Shown here one piece after another: positions 35,841 through 49,499 of a DNA stretch of 64,000 nt (position 1 is the first letter of the stretch; the number at the start of each line of letters is the position of its first letter). The position numbers were made by a program, and so were the translations under genes. Under the pieces are notes generated by a model, which ran no database searches, was not told the origin of the DNA, and saw only the letters and a list, made by a program, of their open reading frames with translations. This stretch comes from Mobula hypostoma (Eukaryota): NCBI RefSeq assembly GCF_963921235.1, contig NC_086097.1, positions 101,868,001 through 101,932,000 of the forward strand, written 5' to 3'.

Positions 35841-37399
35841 CAAACTGAGTGAGAATGTCCACAATTTACACCTAATCACACGAACCTTTTGAAATTTCCA
35901 TCCTCTCATCAAACCGTTTGAGGTCAAGAGTGACTTGTGGCCAGTTGCTGAACACAGAGCATGGACCAGTAGGGCTCTTCCGCCCCCAGTGCTGCGTTGA
36001 ACTAACTCAGCGGGTAATTTAACACCAAACTGAACTAATTCCTTCTTCCTACACAGTGCCCATACCCCACCAGTCTCTGCACACTCATGTGTATATCTAA
36101 GAGCCTTTTAGATGCCTCTTTCACATCTGCTTCCACTGTCACCTTGGCAGTGTGTTCCAGGCACTCTGCACTCTCTGTGCAAAAAGCACCCGCCCCACTC
36201 ATTCTCCTTCCACCATTTCCTCTCTGGCTTTAGGGGCAGAAGTAGAAGTTGCCACTGCATGCTCTTTTAATGCAGGGTGGTCACGGATCTGACAGAAGGA
36301 GATTTGTTCCGAAGGCAAGGTGCTATTCCTGAAAACTTATTACGCAGTGCCCTTCCAAAAACACTAGATCCTGCTATTTCCTCCACCGTGACAGACAGTG
36401 ATGTCTCAATTATAACTACTCTGAGGCCGAACAAGTTCCCCCATGCCCCCATGTGCCTTTTGCTCATCTTTTTGAACCTGCATCCCCGTAGTTAACATTG
36501 AAGCATTTGCTGAGTGGTTGGTAGATTACCCAGTCACTCCAAATTACCCCTTGTGTACAGGGGAGGGTAGTTTTTAAGGGGGGGAGTTGAAGGGAATGAG
36601 GAAGAATGGGTTACAAGTAAAGAGGTAAATAGAAATATTTAGTGAGCCAACACAGACTGAATGGGATGAATAGCCTCATTCTCAATCAAAGTACGGGGAT
36701 ACTTCCCTATGTCTTGCCTAAACTTGTCATGGGGATGTGTACTATCCTCAAACCTCCCCTCAATCTCCTTTCATAAGGCCAGAGTTGAATTCAGGCCGGC
36801 ACTCATTTGCTGATTATTCTACTGTCATCACAGCTGCAGATCTTCATGGAAAAATAGTGAGAATTATGAAATGTTATCCCCTAAAAGCCAGTTTTAAAAA
36901 AGCTTGGAATCCCAAATATTAAGTATGTTATTTGGCCTAGTTAGTGCAACCCAAGGAACCTAACCATCATTAAAATGATGAGCAGAGAACTCAGAATAGC
37001 TGATAATGAATATATCTTGTAAGTCAAAAGTATGATGTGAAACTTGCAGCAGAATGTGAATAGATTGGTCGCATGAGCATATAAAACCCAGAATAGGAGT
37101 CCGTTTTATTATCACTGATTTATACAGTATGATGTGAAACTTGCAGCAGCAGTACAATGCAAAACACAAAATTGCAATGTATTACCAAAATAAATAGTGC
37201 AAAACAAGGAAATCGTTGATAGATTTTTAACTAAGACCATATTGAGGTTTCACTCTCATCCTAACATAGGCTCATCCATATTACAATTTCCTGCTGCTGA
37301 ATTGTCATTTAAGACAAATTTTGGTGAGTAACAACCAGGTCTTTATTTTGTATTCATTAATTTAATAAGGCAACTGTTACTGTAGTGTGATTGTGTAGA

Positions 37400-37740
37400 G
37401 GTAATATGGATGAGCTCTGCATTAGCTTCCTGTGTCTTTCAGAATTCATTTTAAAGTTCTCTTACTTGTTTTTAAAGCTGTCAATGGTCTGGGACTGGAG
37501 TACATCACAGAATCACTTTGGTTTTATAATCCTGCTCGAGCTCTCAGATCTTCTTCCAACAGTCTCTTAAACTTAAACGATCTCCCTCAAAAGATAATTG
37601 GTAGATCAGCTTCTTGGAACCATGCTTCTAACCTGGGGAACTCAATACCTGAAACTAAGCAATGCAGATTTAGGTGACACTTTTAAACACCAGCTGAAAA
37701 CCTACTTGCTTAACCTTACTTTTCGCTAACATAATTTTGT
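37400..37740 (+). mobile_element. L2 LINE 3' fragment
   Basis: LH*LPVSFRIHFKVLLLVFKA..YNPARALRSS. Confidence 0.7.
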
Positions 37741-37789
37741 CTATAATTTTAACGTTTTCACTTTGAACGAGAGAGTGTATGATACTGGA

Positions 37790-40700
37790 TCTGCCATAAG
37801 GGAATAAGACACGGCAGGTGACAGCAGTTGTCAGAAGTAGGGAAACACTTTGCATCTAGAGGTCACAATGCCATTAGTTTCAAAATAAATATGCAAAAAG
37901 ATAGGCTGGGTCCATGGATTGAGATTCTAAATTGGAGAAAGGCCAATTTTGATGATATCAGAAATGATCTGGCAAGTGTGGATTGGGACAGGCTGTTTTC
38001 TGGCAAAGCTGTACTTGGTAAGTGGGAGGTCTTCAAAAATGAAACTTTGAGAGTATAAATCTTGTACGTGACTGTCAGAATAAAAGGTAAAGACAACAGG
38101 TGCAGGAACCTTGGACTTTCAAGAAAGATTGAGGCCCTGGTTAAGAGAACAAAGAAGGCGCATAGCAGGTATGGTTGGCATCAGTCTGTCTCAAAAGAAT
38201 GAGTGATGTTCATCACAAGCCTGGATGGAAGGTATGGAGATCCTGAGATGTCCAGTCGTCAAGATCCCCCTCTCGGCCTCACCAGTGTAGTTCAAAGGAA
38301 AGCTTATGAAGCAATACATTTGGCACCAGCTCAGCTGCAGGAGCTGCTGGAAGGCTGTTCAATGACATCCAACTGCCTTAGGGGCTCCACTCTGGATTTG
38401 CTGTCTGTGCTTACTCCCGTAGACTTTTGTCACTCCTGAAGCTACCTACAAGGCAGTGGGGCTACTTACCCGTAGCTAGGGAGCAGGTATAGACAGGTAG
38501 GAACACATGAGCTGCTTATGGAGTATAAGAAATGCAAGAGAACGCTTAAGAGAGAAATCAGGAGGGCTAAAAGAAGGCTTGGGGTTGCCCTAGCAGACAG
38601 GTGCTAGAGAATCCCAAGGATTTCCACAGATATGTTGAGCACAAGGATTGCAAGAGAGAAAATTTGTCCTCTGGAAGATGATAATGGTAATGCATGCAAA
38701 AAGCCAGAACAGATGGGGGAGATCTTAAATGCATTCTTTGCATCTGTATTGACCCAGAGATGGAATAGACACAGAAGTGAGGTAAAGTGGCGTCCACTTC
38801 AAGGAGCCAGTACAGATTGCAGAGGAGGAGGTGGTTGCCATTCTGAGGCAAATCAGGGTGGATAAATCCCAAGACCTGACAAGGTGTTCTCTCAGACCCT
38901 ATGGGAGACAAGTGCAGAAATTGCCAGGGCCCCAGCAGAGATATTTAAATCATCCTTAGCAAAAGGAGAGGTATCACAGGAATGGAGGATAGCCAAGGTT
39001 GTTCTGCCATTTGAAAAAGGCTCTGAACATAAACCAGCAAATTATAGGCTGGAGAGTCTGACATCAGTTGTGGGAAAATTATTGGAAGGTATTCTAGGGG
39101 ACCAGATGGATATATAAGTATTAGAATAGACATAGACTGATTAAAGATAGTCAGTATGGCTGTGTGCATGGTAGGTCATGTCTAACTAATCTTATAGAGT
39201 TTTTCAAGGAAGTTCCTAGGAAAGTGGATGAAAGTAAGGCAGTAAATGTTGTCTACATGGACTTAGAAACCATAGAAAAACTACAGCACAGAAACAGGCC
39301 TTTTGGCCCTTCTTGGCTATGCCGAACCATTTTCTGCCTAGTCCCACTGACCTGCACACGGACCATATCCCTCCATACACCTCCCATCCATGTATCTGTC
39401 CAATTTATTCTTAAATGTTAAAAGTGAGCCCACAATTACCATCTCATCTAGCAGCTCATTCCATACTCCCACCACTCTCTGTGTGAAGAAGCCCCCCGCT
39501 AATATTCCCTTTAAACTTTTCCCCCCCTCACCCTTAACCCATGTCCTCTGGTTTTTTTCTCCCCTTGCCTCAGTAGAAAAAGCCTGCTTGCATTCACTCT
39601 ATCTATACCCATCATAATTTTATATACCTCTATCAAATCTCCCCTCATTCTTCTACGCTCCAGGGAATAAAGTCCTAACCTATTCAACCTTTCTCCGTAT
39701 CTGAGTTTCTCAAGTCCTGGCAACATCCTTGTAAACCTTCTCTGCACTCTTTCAACCTTATTTATATCCTTCCTGTAATTTGGTGACCAAAACTGAACAC
39801 AATACTCCAGATTCGGCCTCACCAATGCCTTATACAACCTCATCATAACATTCCAGCTCTTATACTCAATACTTCGATTAATAAAGGCCAATGTACCAAA
39901 AGCTCTCTATACAACCCTATCTACTTGTGACGCCACTTTTGGGGAATTTTGTATCTGTATTCCCAGATCCCTCTGTTCTACTGCACTCCTCAGTGCCTTA
40001 CCATTAACCCTGTATGTTTTACCTTGGTTTGTCCTTCCAACATGCAATACCTCACACTTGTCTGTATTAAACTCCATCTGCCATTTTTCAGCCCATTTTT
40101 CCAGCTGGTCCAAGTCCTGCTGCAGGCTCTGAAAACCTTCCTCACAGTCTACTACATCTCCAATCTTTGTATCATCAGCAAATTTGCTGATCCAATTTAC
40201 CACATTGTCATCCAGATCATTGATATAGATGACAAATAAAAATGGACCCAGCACTGATCCCTGTGGCACACCACTAGTCACAGGCCTCCACTCGGAGAAG
40301 CAATTCTCTGCTACCACTCTTTGGCTTCTTCCATTGAGCCAATGTCTAATCCAATTTACCACCTCTCCATGTATACCTAGTGACTGAATTTTCCTAACTA
40401 ACCTCCCATGGGGGACCTTGTCAAAGGCCTTACTGAAGTCCATGTAGACAATATCCGCTGCCTTCCCTTCATCCACTTTCCTGGTAACCTCCTCGAAAAA
40501 CTCCCGATAGATTGGTCAAACATGACCTACCATGCACAAAGCCATGTTGACTCTCCCTAATAAGTCCCTGTCTATCCAAATACTTGTAGATTCTGTCTCT
40601 TAGTACTCCCTCCAATAACTTACCTACTACCGACGTTAAACTTACTGGCCTATAATTTCCCGGATTACTATTCGATCCTTTTTTAAACAACAGAACAACA

Positions 40701-43690
40701 TGAGCCACTCTCCAATTCTCTGGCACCTCACCTGTAGACAGCAACATTTTAAACATTTCTGCCAGGGCCACCGCAATTTCAACACTAGTCTCCTTCAAGA
40801 TCCGAGGGAACATCCTGTCAGGTCCCGGGGATTTGTCCACTTTAATTTTCCTCAAGACAGCAAGCACCTCCTCCTTTTCAATCTGTACAGTTTCCATGAT
40901 CTCACTACTTGTTTCCCTTAATTCCATAGACTTCATGCCAGTTTCCTTAGTAAATACAGATGCAAAAAACCTATTTAAGATCTCCCCCATTTCCTTTGGT
41001 TCCGCACATAGCAGACCACTCTGATCTTCAAGAGGACCAATTTTATCCCTTACAATCCTTTTGCTCTTAATATACTTGTAAAAGCTCTTTGGATTATCCT
41101 TCACTTTGACCGCCAAGGCAACCTCATGTCTTCTTTTAGCCTTCCTGCTTTCTTTCTTAAGTATTTTCTTGCACTTCTTATACTCCTCAAGCACCTTATT
41201 TACTCCCTGTTTCCTATACATGTCATACAACTCCCTCTTGTTCTCTATAAGAGTTGCAATATCCCTTGAGAACCAAGGTTCCTTATTCCTATTCACTTTG
41301 CCTTTAATCCTGACAGGAACATACAAACTCTGAACTCTCAAAATTTCTCCTTTGAAGGCTTCCCACCTACCGATCACATCTTTGCCAGAGAACAATCTGT
41401 CCCAATCCATGCTTTTTAGATCCTTTCTCATTTCTTCAAATTTGGCCTTCTTCCAGTTCAGAACCTCAACCCTAGGACCAGATCTATCCTTGTCCATGAT
41501 CAAGTTGAAACTAATGGTGTTAATGATCACTGGAACCAAAGTGCTCCCCTACACAGACTTCCGTCACTTGTCCTAACTCGTTTCCTAACAGGAGATCCAA
41601 TATTGCATCCCCTCTAGTTGGTCCCTCTATGTATTGATTTAGAAACCTTTCCTGAACACATTTTACAAACTAAACCATCTAGACCCCTAACAGTATGGGA
41701 GTCCCAATCAATATATGGAAAATTAAAATCCCCTACCACCACAACTTTATGTTTCCTGCAGTTGCCTGCTGTCTCTCTGCAGATTTGCTCTTCCAATTCT
41801 CGTTGACTATTGGGTGGTCTGTAATACAATCCCACTAATGTGGCCATACCTTTCCTGTTTCTCAGCTCCACCCATAAGGACTCAGTAGACAAGCCCTCTA
41901 ATCTGTCCTGCCTGAGCACTGCTGTGATATTTTCCCTAACAAGCAATGCTACTCCCCCACCTTTCATTTCTCTGCCTCGATCACATCTGAAAGATCGGAA
42001 CCCTGGAATATTAAGCTGCCAGTCCTGCCCCTCCTGTAGCCAAGTTTCACTAATTGCTATAACGTCATAATTCCACGTGTCAATCCACGCCCTCAACTCG
42101 TCTGCCTTCCCCGCAATACTCCTAGCATTGAAATATATACACCTCAGAAGATTTTTACCACCACTCACAACCTTTCTATTAGCGGATTTGCTTGAACTTT
42201 TAACATCATTTATTTTCACCCCAGCCACACTGTCAGCTCTGGCACCCTGGTTCCCATCCCCCTGCAAATCTAGTTTAAAACCTCCGCAATAGCACTAACA
42301 AACCTCCCTGAAAGGATATTGGTCCCCCTGTAGTTCAAGTGTAACTCGTGTCTCTTGTACAGGTCCCACCTGCCCCAGAAGAGGTTCCAATTATGCTGAA
42401 ATCTGAAACCCTGCCCCCTACACCAGGTCCTCAGCCACTTGTTCATCCTCCAGAGCATCCTATTCTTACCCTCACTGGCACGTAGCACAGGTAGCAATCC
42501 TGAGATTACCACCCTTGAGGTCCTGCTTTTCAACTTCCTACCAAGCTCTTTATACTCACTCTCCAGGACCTCCTCACTCTTCCTTGCTATGTCATTGGTA
42601 CTGATGTGCACCATGACATCTGGCTGGTCACCCTCCCACTTCAGAATGTCATGCAATCGATCAGAGACATCCTTGACCATGGCACCTGGGAGGCAACAAA
42701 CCATCCTGGATTCTCTGTCACGACCACAGAACCTCCTATCTGCACCTCTAACTATCGAGTCCCCTATCACTACTGCTCTCCTCTTTTTCCACCCTCCCTT
42801 CTGCACTGTAGAGCCAGACTCAGTGCCAGAGATCCGGCTACTGCAGCTAGTCCCAGGTAAGTCATCCCCCCCAACAGTATCCAATGCGGTATACTTGTTG
42901 TTGAGGGGAATGGCCACAGGGGAACCCTGCTCTGCCTGCCCTTTCCTCTTCCCTCACCTGACAGTGACCCAATTTCCTGTCCTCTGCTCCTTTGTCATAA
43001 CTACCTCCCTGTAGCTACTATCTATAATCTCCTCATTCTCCTGAATGATCCGCAAGTCATCCAGCTCCTGCTGACTTTAGTAAGACATATGATGAGGTTC
43101 AGTGGCTCAGCATTCAGGATGATGTAGTAAATTGGATTAGACATTGGCTTTGCGGGAGAAGCCAGAGAGTGGTAGTAGATGGTTGCCTCTCTGACTGGAG
43201 GCTCGTGACTAGTGAGGTGCTGTGGGGATCGGTGCTGGGTCTCTCGTTGTTTGTCGTCTATATCAATGATCTGGATGATAATGTGGTTAACTAGACCAGC
43301 AAATTTGCAGAAAAAAACAAGATTGGGGGTGTAGTGGACAGTGAGGAAGGCAATGAAGGCTTGCAGAGGGATCTGCATCAGCTAGAAAAATGGACTGAAA
43401 ATTGGCAGATGGCAATTAATGCAGACATGCAAGATTTTGCACTTCGGTAGGACCAACCAGGGTCGGTCTTACACAGTGAATGGTAGGACACCGAGGAATG
43501 TGGTAGAACAAAGGGATCTGTGAATACAGGTCCATAATTCATTGAAAGTGGCATCACAGGTAGATAAGGCCATAAAGAAAGCTGTTGGCACACTGGCCTT
43601 CGTAGATTATAGTACTGAGCGCAGGAGATGGGCTGTTATGTTGCAGTTGTAGAAGACTTTAGTGAGGCCTAATTGGAGTATTGTATACAA
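37790..43690 (+). mobile_element. Decayed CR1 ORF2 host, interrupted by the CR1 at ~39265-43072
   Basis: ILNWRKANF, HGRSCLTNLIEFF..VVYMD| resuming FSK.. at ~43076; duplicated gactt(t)ag at the junctions. Confidence 0.85.
39265..43072 (-). mobile_element. CR1 LINE, 5'-truncated within ORF1; ORF2 nearly complete with few frameshifts
   Basis: ORFs 42270-42917 (VIGDS esterase), 41614-42267 (EN), 40469-41539, 39907-40476 (FADD), 39511-39891. Confidence 0.93.
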
Positions 43691-44046
43691 TCCAAAGTCT
43701 TTCAATTTCCTTTTTTAATTCAGCATATTTCTAGTGTTTTTCACATTGATTTCTGTAAGTTATGTGTGTTTGGAATGGCTATGTCTATCAAGTAAATTGT
43801 GTTTGCTTGATATTATATCCAAACAGATAGTATGGATTCTCCTAACGGTAAAAATGGATTGGTCGTACTGTAATCTGTAGGACTCTGACACTAAAACTGG
43901 ATCAGGCTGGTATTTATTGTAAGTTATGGTGTCCTTTTTGAGTTTATATTTTAAAGCAAGATTTTGGTGAATGATGTTTGCCACTTGTTGTGGTAAGTAA
44001 TCAGACTGAGTTAAACTGCTGCAGGGTCCTGTAATGTGTTGGTTTA

Positions 44047-45062
44047 TGTCATGTACCCCGTGACGGGGATAATGAAACCAGCAGAAATAGAAAACACTTT
44101 GGAGTCTGGTATTGCTATAAACTAATAATATTTATTAGTAACTACGCAATACAGTAATATAAATGAAGATAAATCACACAGGTTAGCCATGATTATATAT
44201 ATAAGTAAGTAAATCAGTAAGTGTAGAAATATATGTATGAAAACCAAGCTTCTTTAAGTCTAGGGGTAAAAAGATACAGTCTTACAATGTTGAGTTCAGT
44301 TCAGTTCATGGTATTTAGTTGAATAGCGATGGGGAGAGAGAGAGAGTTGAGTCTTCAGGTGAGCTAATGCCATCGATCTTCTGGTCGTCCTCCAAAATCC
44401 TTTACAAGTCACCGACTGTGACTTTAACCAGGGGGACTGGTTTTCCTGTGGTGGAGCTATCACCCCGGCAAGGGTGGACACATAGACAACTCCCCACCAG
44501 TCAACCCCTTCTTCACTGCTGGAATAGCAATTTGGATTGATCCGCCTAATCGATCCTCCAAAACCCACTTTCTCTGCGGGCACAACACTGCTCATTCAGT
44601 GTCCAGATCATGTGTCTGAGGTCTGTATCATCTGACCTCCCATTTATTTCACCAGGCTGAGCATCACCTGTCATTCAAAAAGTCCCTCCTTCCTTTGTCT
44701 GTGAAGAAAATGCACAAGCAGGCAACAAGTCCTTGAAAGTAACATCAATAATGTGCTGAAAATCATAACATCGAGTGTCCATTAAATAACACCGCCTTCG
44801 GTCACCGTAGCAACTTACGAGCTGCTCGGTGCTGTCTCCAACTCCAAACTCGGTAAAAATCCAAAGTTACTTCCAATGCCTTAAAGTGACAGTCCAACAG
44901 TTAATATTCGTCTCTCTCTCTCTCTCTTTTCAAAAGCAACATATCGGTGGTAAATAACCCTCTCTCTGTCTCTCTCTCATTTCCAAACAAACCATCAATG
45001 ATAAATGTCTCTCTCTGTCTCTCTTCAAACAGTTAATAGGGGCACTCCTGGATCCCCTCACA
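44047..45062. mobile_element. Solo LTR (TG...CA), same family as 57927-58775 in the opposite orientation
   Basis: tgtcatgtaccccgtgacggg...ggatcccctcaca is the reverse complement of tgtgaggggatcc...cccgtcacggggttcgtgaca. Confidence 0.8.
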
Positions 45063-46079
45063 ATTGCTTCTGGTTTCTTTTGGCATTTTCTGCATTTATC
45101 AACTGGAATTTGTTGGTCTCTTATTTGTATTTTTGATGATTTTTTGTGTTAACCACTTGATCCTATATTGCCACAAGGAACCCTTCTGTGTCTGGGAAGG
45201 GGTTTCCAAACCTGAGAGAGGCATTCATTCAACACTTCCTTGTGAACATCGAGTTTTTCTGTGTTGTGCTTTCATTCAAGTTTAATAATGTGTACTTCAT
45301 ATCAGAATTTCATATGCTCACGTGGGGTGCTATTTGAATTTATTGCTTTAGCTTTACTGATAAAGGAGTGCATTGTTGTCTATTTAATATTTTAATATTT
45401 GAGTAATCATGTGTACATTAATTTAAATAATCCATTATAAGTTATATGTATAAATATGTGAATTGCATATATCACCACGCTGCAATGCGGTAAGTGTGCA
45501 CCTCGCTTAAAGTAAAACACAAAGTTAGACCTGGATTCCCCAAGTCTTCCTTTGAATTAGTTAATGTTGTGAAGTTACAAAACATTGGTGATGAGCTATT
45601 TTCAAAATGAACCCGAGACGGCTATTGACCTGTTGAATTGCAGTGAGACATTCGAACTTCAAAAAAAAACGCAGTGAGGAATGGTCAAATTAAAAAAACA
45701 GCCCAGCATATGCAGACAGTCAAATTCCTTTTTTAAAAAAGCTGTCGAGCATGTTCTTCAGAAGGGAAGACATGCCAAGTTTTTTAAAAGGAAGAAAACA
45801 GAAGAATTCATGGGTTCATAAAGAGTAAGTATAATGAGTAAGAGTGGGGATAATACTCATAAAAAAGAGGAGAAATGGCTGGCTACATTGGAAAGATAAA
45901 TATTGCAACACCCTGGTTAGGATTTTTACTGCTATACTGCAGGTAAGAGCAGTCTGTTCTGCTTTCTGCTTGCTTGGGTTTAAGCTGAGATAAGGGGCTT
46001 TGTTGTTCAATTTAGGAATGTGGTATCAGCCAATCAGGATGGTGCTGGGGAGAAGATGGCGACACGAGAGGACCAGTGA

Positions 46080-47360
46080 AGTGAGTTCAAGATGGAAGAT
46101 GGTGGGAAAGAGGAATGGAGTGGAAAGAGTAAGAAAAGAAAACAGAGGTATGAGATATCAAACTATGAGGAGTCAGGGGATGATCAAAATAGGATGGCAA
46201 ATCAATGGAAAGAAGATGAGATTAAAGCAATTATAAAACTGAGCGAAGACTTTCAGTGACTGGAATTCATTTGATAAAGACAACCAACAAACTTATAGGC
46301 AAGGTCAAGAGAGCAAAAATTTTATGAAATGGATCGCTATTAGTGATTTGCTGGGATAGTGCTCAGCAAGGCAAAGTGATAAGGTTAAATAAAATAGATG
46401 GCAAGAAAGTACAATGCTCCATACCCAACAACAGAAAGTGGACTAGAGGAGTTATTTCGGGGATACCAACAAAGGTTACTATGGATAAGATTAAACAGAA
46501 CATAAAAGGAGGAAAAATTATTGAGGTCAAACGTTTGAAAGCTACAAAAAAACAGAAAAAAGTGTGATAGCTTATCAGTTATGATTAACTTTGATGAAGA
46601 GATTTTACCGACTAAAGTTTATTTAAGACATATGTGTTATGAGGTCAGAATATATATACCACCACCTTTAAGATGCTTTAAATGCCAGAAATTCAGGCAT
46701 ACTGCGGCAGTCTGCAGAGGGAAACAAAGATGTGGGAGATGTGCTGGAGAACATGAATTTTCGGGAAATGTGAAGCAGGAGCTAGGCTGAAATGCTGTAA
46801 TTGTGGCGAGGAACACAGTGCAGCTTATCGAAGGTGCATTAATAGTAAGAAAGAAGCTGAGATACAATATGTGAAAGTAACTCAAGGAATCAGTTACGCG
46901 GAGGCAGTGAAAGCATTTGCTGGAAAGGAGAAAGCTATCAAGCAAACAAATACAGGGAAAAATAAACCGATGAACTGTGAGGGCTGTAATATGATAAATA
47001 AGGATACTCTAATAATGAGTAGAAAAGATTTCGTACTGTTTATGGTAGATGCAATTAACTGTTCAGCGCAGACAGACAAACTGAAAAAATTAAAGTTATA
47101 GAAATATATATATTATATTTTTTTTTTCTGCAGAAAAGTATCTTGGTATTACAGGGCTTAGGTGGGAAGCAATCAAAGAAGTGCTGAATGGAGGATCAAA
47201 CAGTTTACAGGCAGGAGTGGCAGGATATTAATCAGTATATATATTACAAGGGAATGCAGATTATTATTGCAAATGGTCAAGAACTTACGAATATGTATCA
47301 GAACTTAAGGAAAATCTTCAGATTTTATGTATACAAGAAACATGGTTGAAACCCAGGGTA
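46080..47360 (+). mobile_element. I/Nimb-like LINE 5' part (ORF1 with three CCHC knuckles, start of endonuclease)
   Basis: RGVISGIP; YIPPPLRCFKCQKFRHTAAVCRGKQRCGRCAGEH; CCNCGEEHSAAYRRC; ISYAEAVK; ILCIQETWLKP. Confidence 0.75.
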
Positions 47361-49499
47361 AATCTGCAGAACTCCAACAACAAATAGAAGTACTCAATAA
47401 GAACAGCTGTGAGTTGGAAAAGAGATTGGATGAAACAGTACTGCATTTAAGATAGATGGATAGATATACTTTATTGATCCCGAGGGAAATTGGGTTTCGT
47501 TATAGCCGCACCAACCAAGAATAGAGCATAAATATAGCAATACAAAAACGACAAACAATCAAACAACAATATGCAAACTATGGAAATGGATGGAAATAAG
47601 TCCAGGACCAGCCTATTGGCTCAGGGTGTCTGACCCTCCACAGGAGGAGCTGCAAAGTTCAATGGCCACAGGCAGGAACAATTTCTAGAACAATTTCAGG
47701 AACAAAGGAGACGATTTCTGAAAAGGATGCTTGTTGTCAAAAATTCAGTGACTTGGAAAACAGATTAAAAAATGGAGGAAATTATTCCAAAGTTATAAAA
47801 GGAAAAAGGAATTGTTGCAAAGTGAATTATTTACATTCGGATTATTAAACAAAAACATGGAAACAAAATTTAAAAGTTAAGCTTGAGATAAATAATAAGA
47901 AGATTTTAGTCTTACAAATGATGCAGATGAAATCAATGTAATTGAGGTGATGCAATTACTTGAAAACCATGTGATAGGAATTAGGGAGAACAGCAGTTTA
48001 TGGCACTGCTCTCTAATGGGCGCATACAGCATTTGCAAGAGGAATTGCAATTACAGAGTGAAGCAAATAGAAATATGCAGGTTGAACTAGGTTGTCTAAA
48101 GTAGGTTGGAAAGAGATTGAAAATGGAGGAACTTATTACAAAATTACAAAAGGAAAAGGTATTGTGGTAAAGTGAATTATCTACATTCAGGTTACAAAAT
48201 GAAAGCATGGAAGCAAATGAAGAAGAACTTCAAGATCTCAGTAAACAATGAGAGAATATGATTCAAGAAAAGGAAAACTTGGAAATAGCAGATAGACTTG
48301 AAAAACAGTGATTTTAAATGTTAAGCATGCAAAAATTAATATCCTTAAACAAGAAGCTTTTAGTTTTACAAATAATGCAGATGAAATCAATAATGCAATT
48401 ACTTGAAAACCATGTGACAAAAATTAGGGAAGGAAAGCAGACTGCGGCACTGTTATCTACTGAGCGTATACAGCACTCACAAAAGGAGTTGCAATTACAG
48501 AGTGATGTAAATAGAGATCTGCAGGCTGAACTAGATTGTTTAAAGCAGAATACTCCAGGACGTATTTGGTTGAAGATGGAAGCCTAGCAGGTGGCGGTAA
48601 TGGACCTTAAAGCTGGTTTGCCAACCGCCATTAAACAAGAAGAAGAAGAGAAGCCAATCAGGAGAAGGTTCTTGAGAATGCTGGGTGGGAGTTGGGAGAA
48701 GACAGGAGGGAAGGTGGTTTATGATGCGGACCCTGTTACACAAGGTGCTTTGTGCAGATGAATGGCTCCAAGAAGGAAGGACCAATATTCCCGTGGGGCA
48801 GTCCGTTTGTTCGAGGTGGGTTTTGAGCGACATTTGAGAGGTGGTGTGTGCTTTCACGCAGACCCTGGGTCCAGCACCTGGGTTACAGACAACTTCAAGA
48901 TAAGTTCCAACTAATGTGCATATTTGACTGTTCCATTATAATGGGCCCTTTTTGTTTTCTTCTTTTCTTTAATAACTCTTCGGTTAAGTTAATTTTCATA
49001 AATATACTCTTTGTATGCAGTGTACAATCTGTTATTTCTTGCCAACGGGGGATTGCGGGGTAGGGGGGAGGGTGGTGTAGTAACTCTCACAAACCGGGGT
49101 TTGGATGGGCGGGATATCTCAACCTCACTGGTACAGCGGGACTAGGCATCCGCAGCCTGAGAAAGGTGGGTTCCTCGTGCAGAGTCCAGTCGCTGTTAGC
49201 GACGGTCATTCCCAGAAATGCACTGTAAAAAGGGGCTTCATTGTGGGGGCTATTGTCCTGGATTGAATTCGTTGCAGAGATTAAGTGTTGGTGCGAGTCA
49301 AAGAGGTTACCTGTAATTGGTGGTTGTGTTCTGAGCAGGGTGGATATGCACAGACCAGATGAATTGTTGATTCGGGTTTTAAGTTCTGTTAAAATATTAG
49401 ATAAAGTTACGGTCATGGAGCGGTGGGTTGACGGAACAATGGGCACAGATGTGGTTTTAGTTCAGACTGCCTGTTACCACTGGGGCGCCTGGAGAGGTG

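Noticed and set aside
36230..36500. Possible host exon (ORFs 36267-36467 and 36277-36495)
   Set aside because: No recognisable protein similarity in the frames I examined, and no convincing splice-site pair.
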